Source: Narcine bancroftii
Taxonomy: Eukaryota
Assembly (NCBI RefSeq): GCF_036971445.1
Contig: NC_091472.1
Span: forward strand, 36,766,001-36,830,000
DNA length: 64,000 bases
Direction: 5' to 3'
Shown here: positions 63,006-64,000 of the stretch, piece after piece
Layout: each line of letters begins with the position of its first letter
Position numbering within the stretch: position 1 is the first letter of the stretch
Notes under the pieces: model-generated
What the model was told of the DNA's origin: nothing
What the model saw: only the letters and a program-made list of their open reading frames with translations
Database searches by the model: none
Made by a program: the position numbers and the translations under genes

Positions 63006-63776
63006 AAAGAGAAAAGGCCTAGCTCTGCTAACCTAGCTTCATAAGACAAGTACACCAATGCGGGCAACATCCTAGGAAATCTCCTTTGCATCCTCTCCAT
63101 AACTTCCACATCCTTCCATTAATGAGATAACCAAAACTGAACACGATATTCCAAGTGTGGTCTAACCACAGTTTTAGTGAGCTGCAACATTACCTCTTGA
63201 CTCTTGAACTCAATTCCCCAACTAATAAGCACAACATATCTTAAGCCTACCCAAGCCTATCAACCTGCACGGCAGCCTTGAGAGATCTATGGATTTGGGC
63301 TCCAAGATCCATTGTTCTTCCACACAGTTAAGAATCCTGCCATTAACCATGTACTCTGTCTTCCAAAATACATCAACTCATACTTATCAGGATTGAACTC
63401 CCTCTGCCACTTTTCTGCCAAACTCTGCATTCTGTCTATATACTGTTGTAACGTACAACAACCTTATACACTATCTGCATCACCTCCAACCTTTGGTTCA
63501 TCTGAAAAGTTACTAACCCATCGCTCGACTTCATCCAGGTTGTTTATAAAAATGACAAAGAGCAGGAGTCCCAGAACATATCCCTGTGGTACTCCACTAG
63601 TTACTGTCCCCAGGCAGAATATATTTCATCTTCTACTACTACTCTGCTTTTTGCAGACAAGCCAATTCTGAAATTACAGAGCAAAGCTTCCATGGATCTC
63701 GTGTCTCATGACTTCCTGAACGAGTCTACCATAGAGGACCTTGTCAAATTCCTTTCTAAAATCCATGTACACAACA

Positions 63777-64000
63777 GCCCTTTTTCCACTGGCATCCCAG
63801 TTAATTGGCTGTACAGTGACCCAAGGAAGCTGTTTGTGCTGTTTCCACCGGGCCACTTTTAACCGGGACACTGACTGCTTTTCCACTGAACACAACTCAT
63901 CCCCGGGGATAGGAAAGTCTACCTTCGACCGGAAACGGTTGATTTTTTTTTTGCTGTCCTTTTCCCACTGGTTTAATTGGCACGCTGGCATCAGCTGATG
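63777..64000. mobile_element. Non-autonomous DNA element, PIF/Harbinger-like end, runs off the window
   Basis: Starts GCCCTTTTTCCACTGGC; its interior matches 31890-32171, whose right end is the reverse complement of this terminus. Confidence 0.6.

Larger units (their letters stand above)
59780..63776 (-). mobile_element. CR1 LINE 3' part, split by the young L1 (pieces 59780-60159 and 63006-63776)
   Basis: CATAGAACATT tail at 59780; MERMQRRFPRML; VYMDFRKEFDKV. Confidence 0.85.

Overview
Vertebrate genomic DNA, most likely from a cartilaginous fish (inferred from an HE1/V-SINE-like element, abundant CR1 and Rex1/Babar LINEs and elasmobranch-type Penelope repeats). The only host coding sequence is the first coding exon of protein phosphatase PPM1B (PP2C-beta): exon 40961-41817, CDS 40972-41817, + strand. 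The next coding exon (expected GSRDN...) was not found before 64000, so the rest is intronic or upstream sequence. More than half of it is recognisably transposon-derived. That includes a BEL/Pao LTR element sitting inside a Penelope element and itself carrying a solo LTR and three RTE insertions, three Gypsy elements with tRNA-Trp primer sites, and six copies of a young RTE family. There is also a young 5'-truncated L1 with an open RT frame, polyA tail and 13-bp TSD, older L1/CR1/Rex1 relics, a pogo DNA transposon, MITEs and two 48-bp minisatellites. Best leads: (1) decayed minimal hammerhead-ribozyme cores in the Penelope terminal repeats; (2) a CpG-rich unique block with a splice donor at 25916, a candidate alternative first exon or promoter; (3) a back-spliced circle of the PPM1B exon would read in frame into a 102-codon alternative C-terminus; (4) a minisatellite in the following intron whose unit looks like a complete 3' splice acceptor. 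No prokaryote-type system (CRISPR etc.) is present. All alignments were done by eye, without tools.
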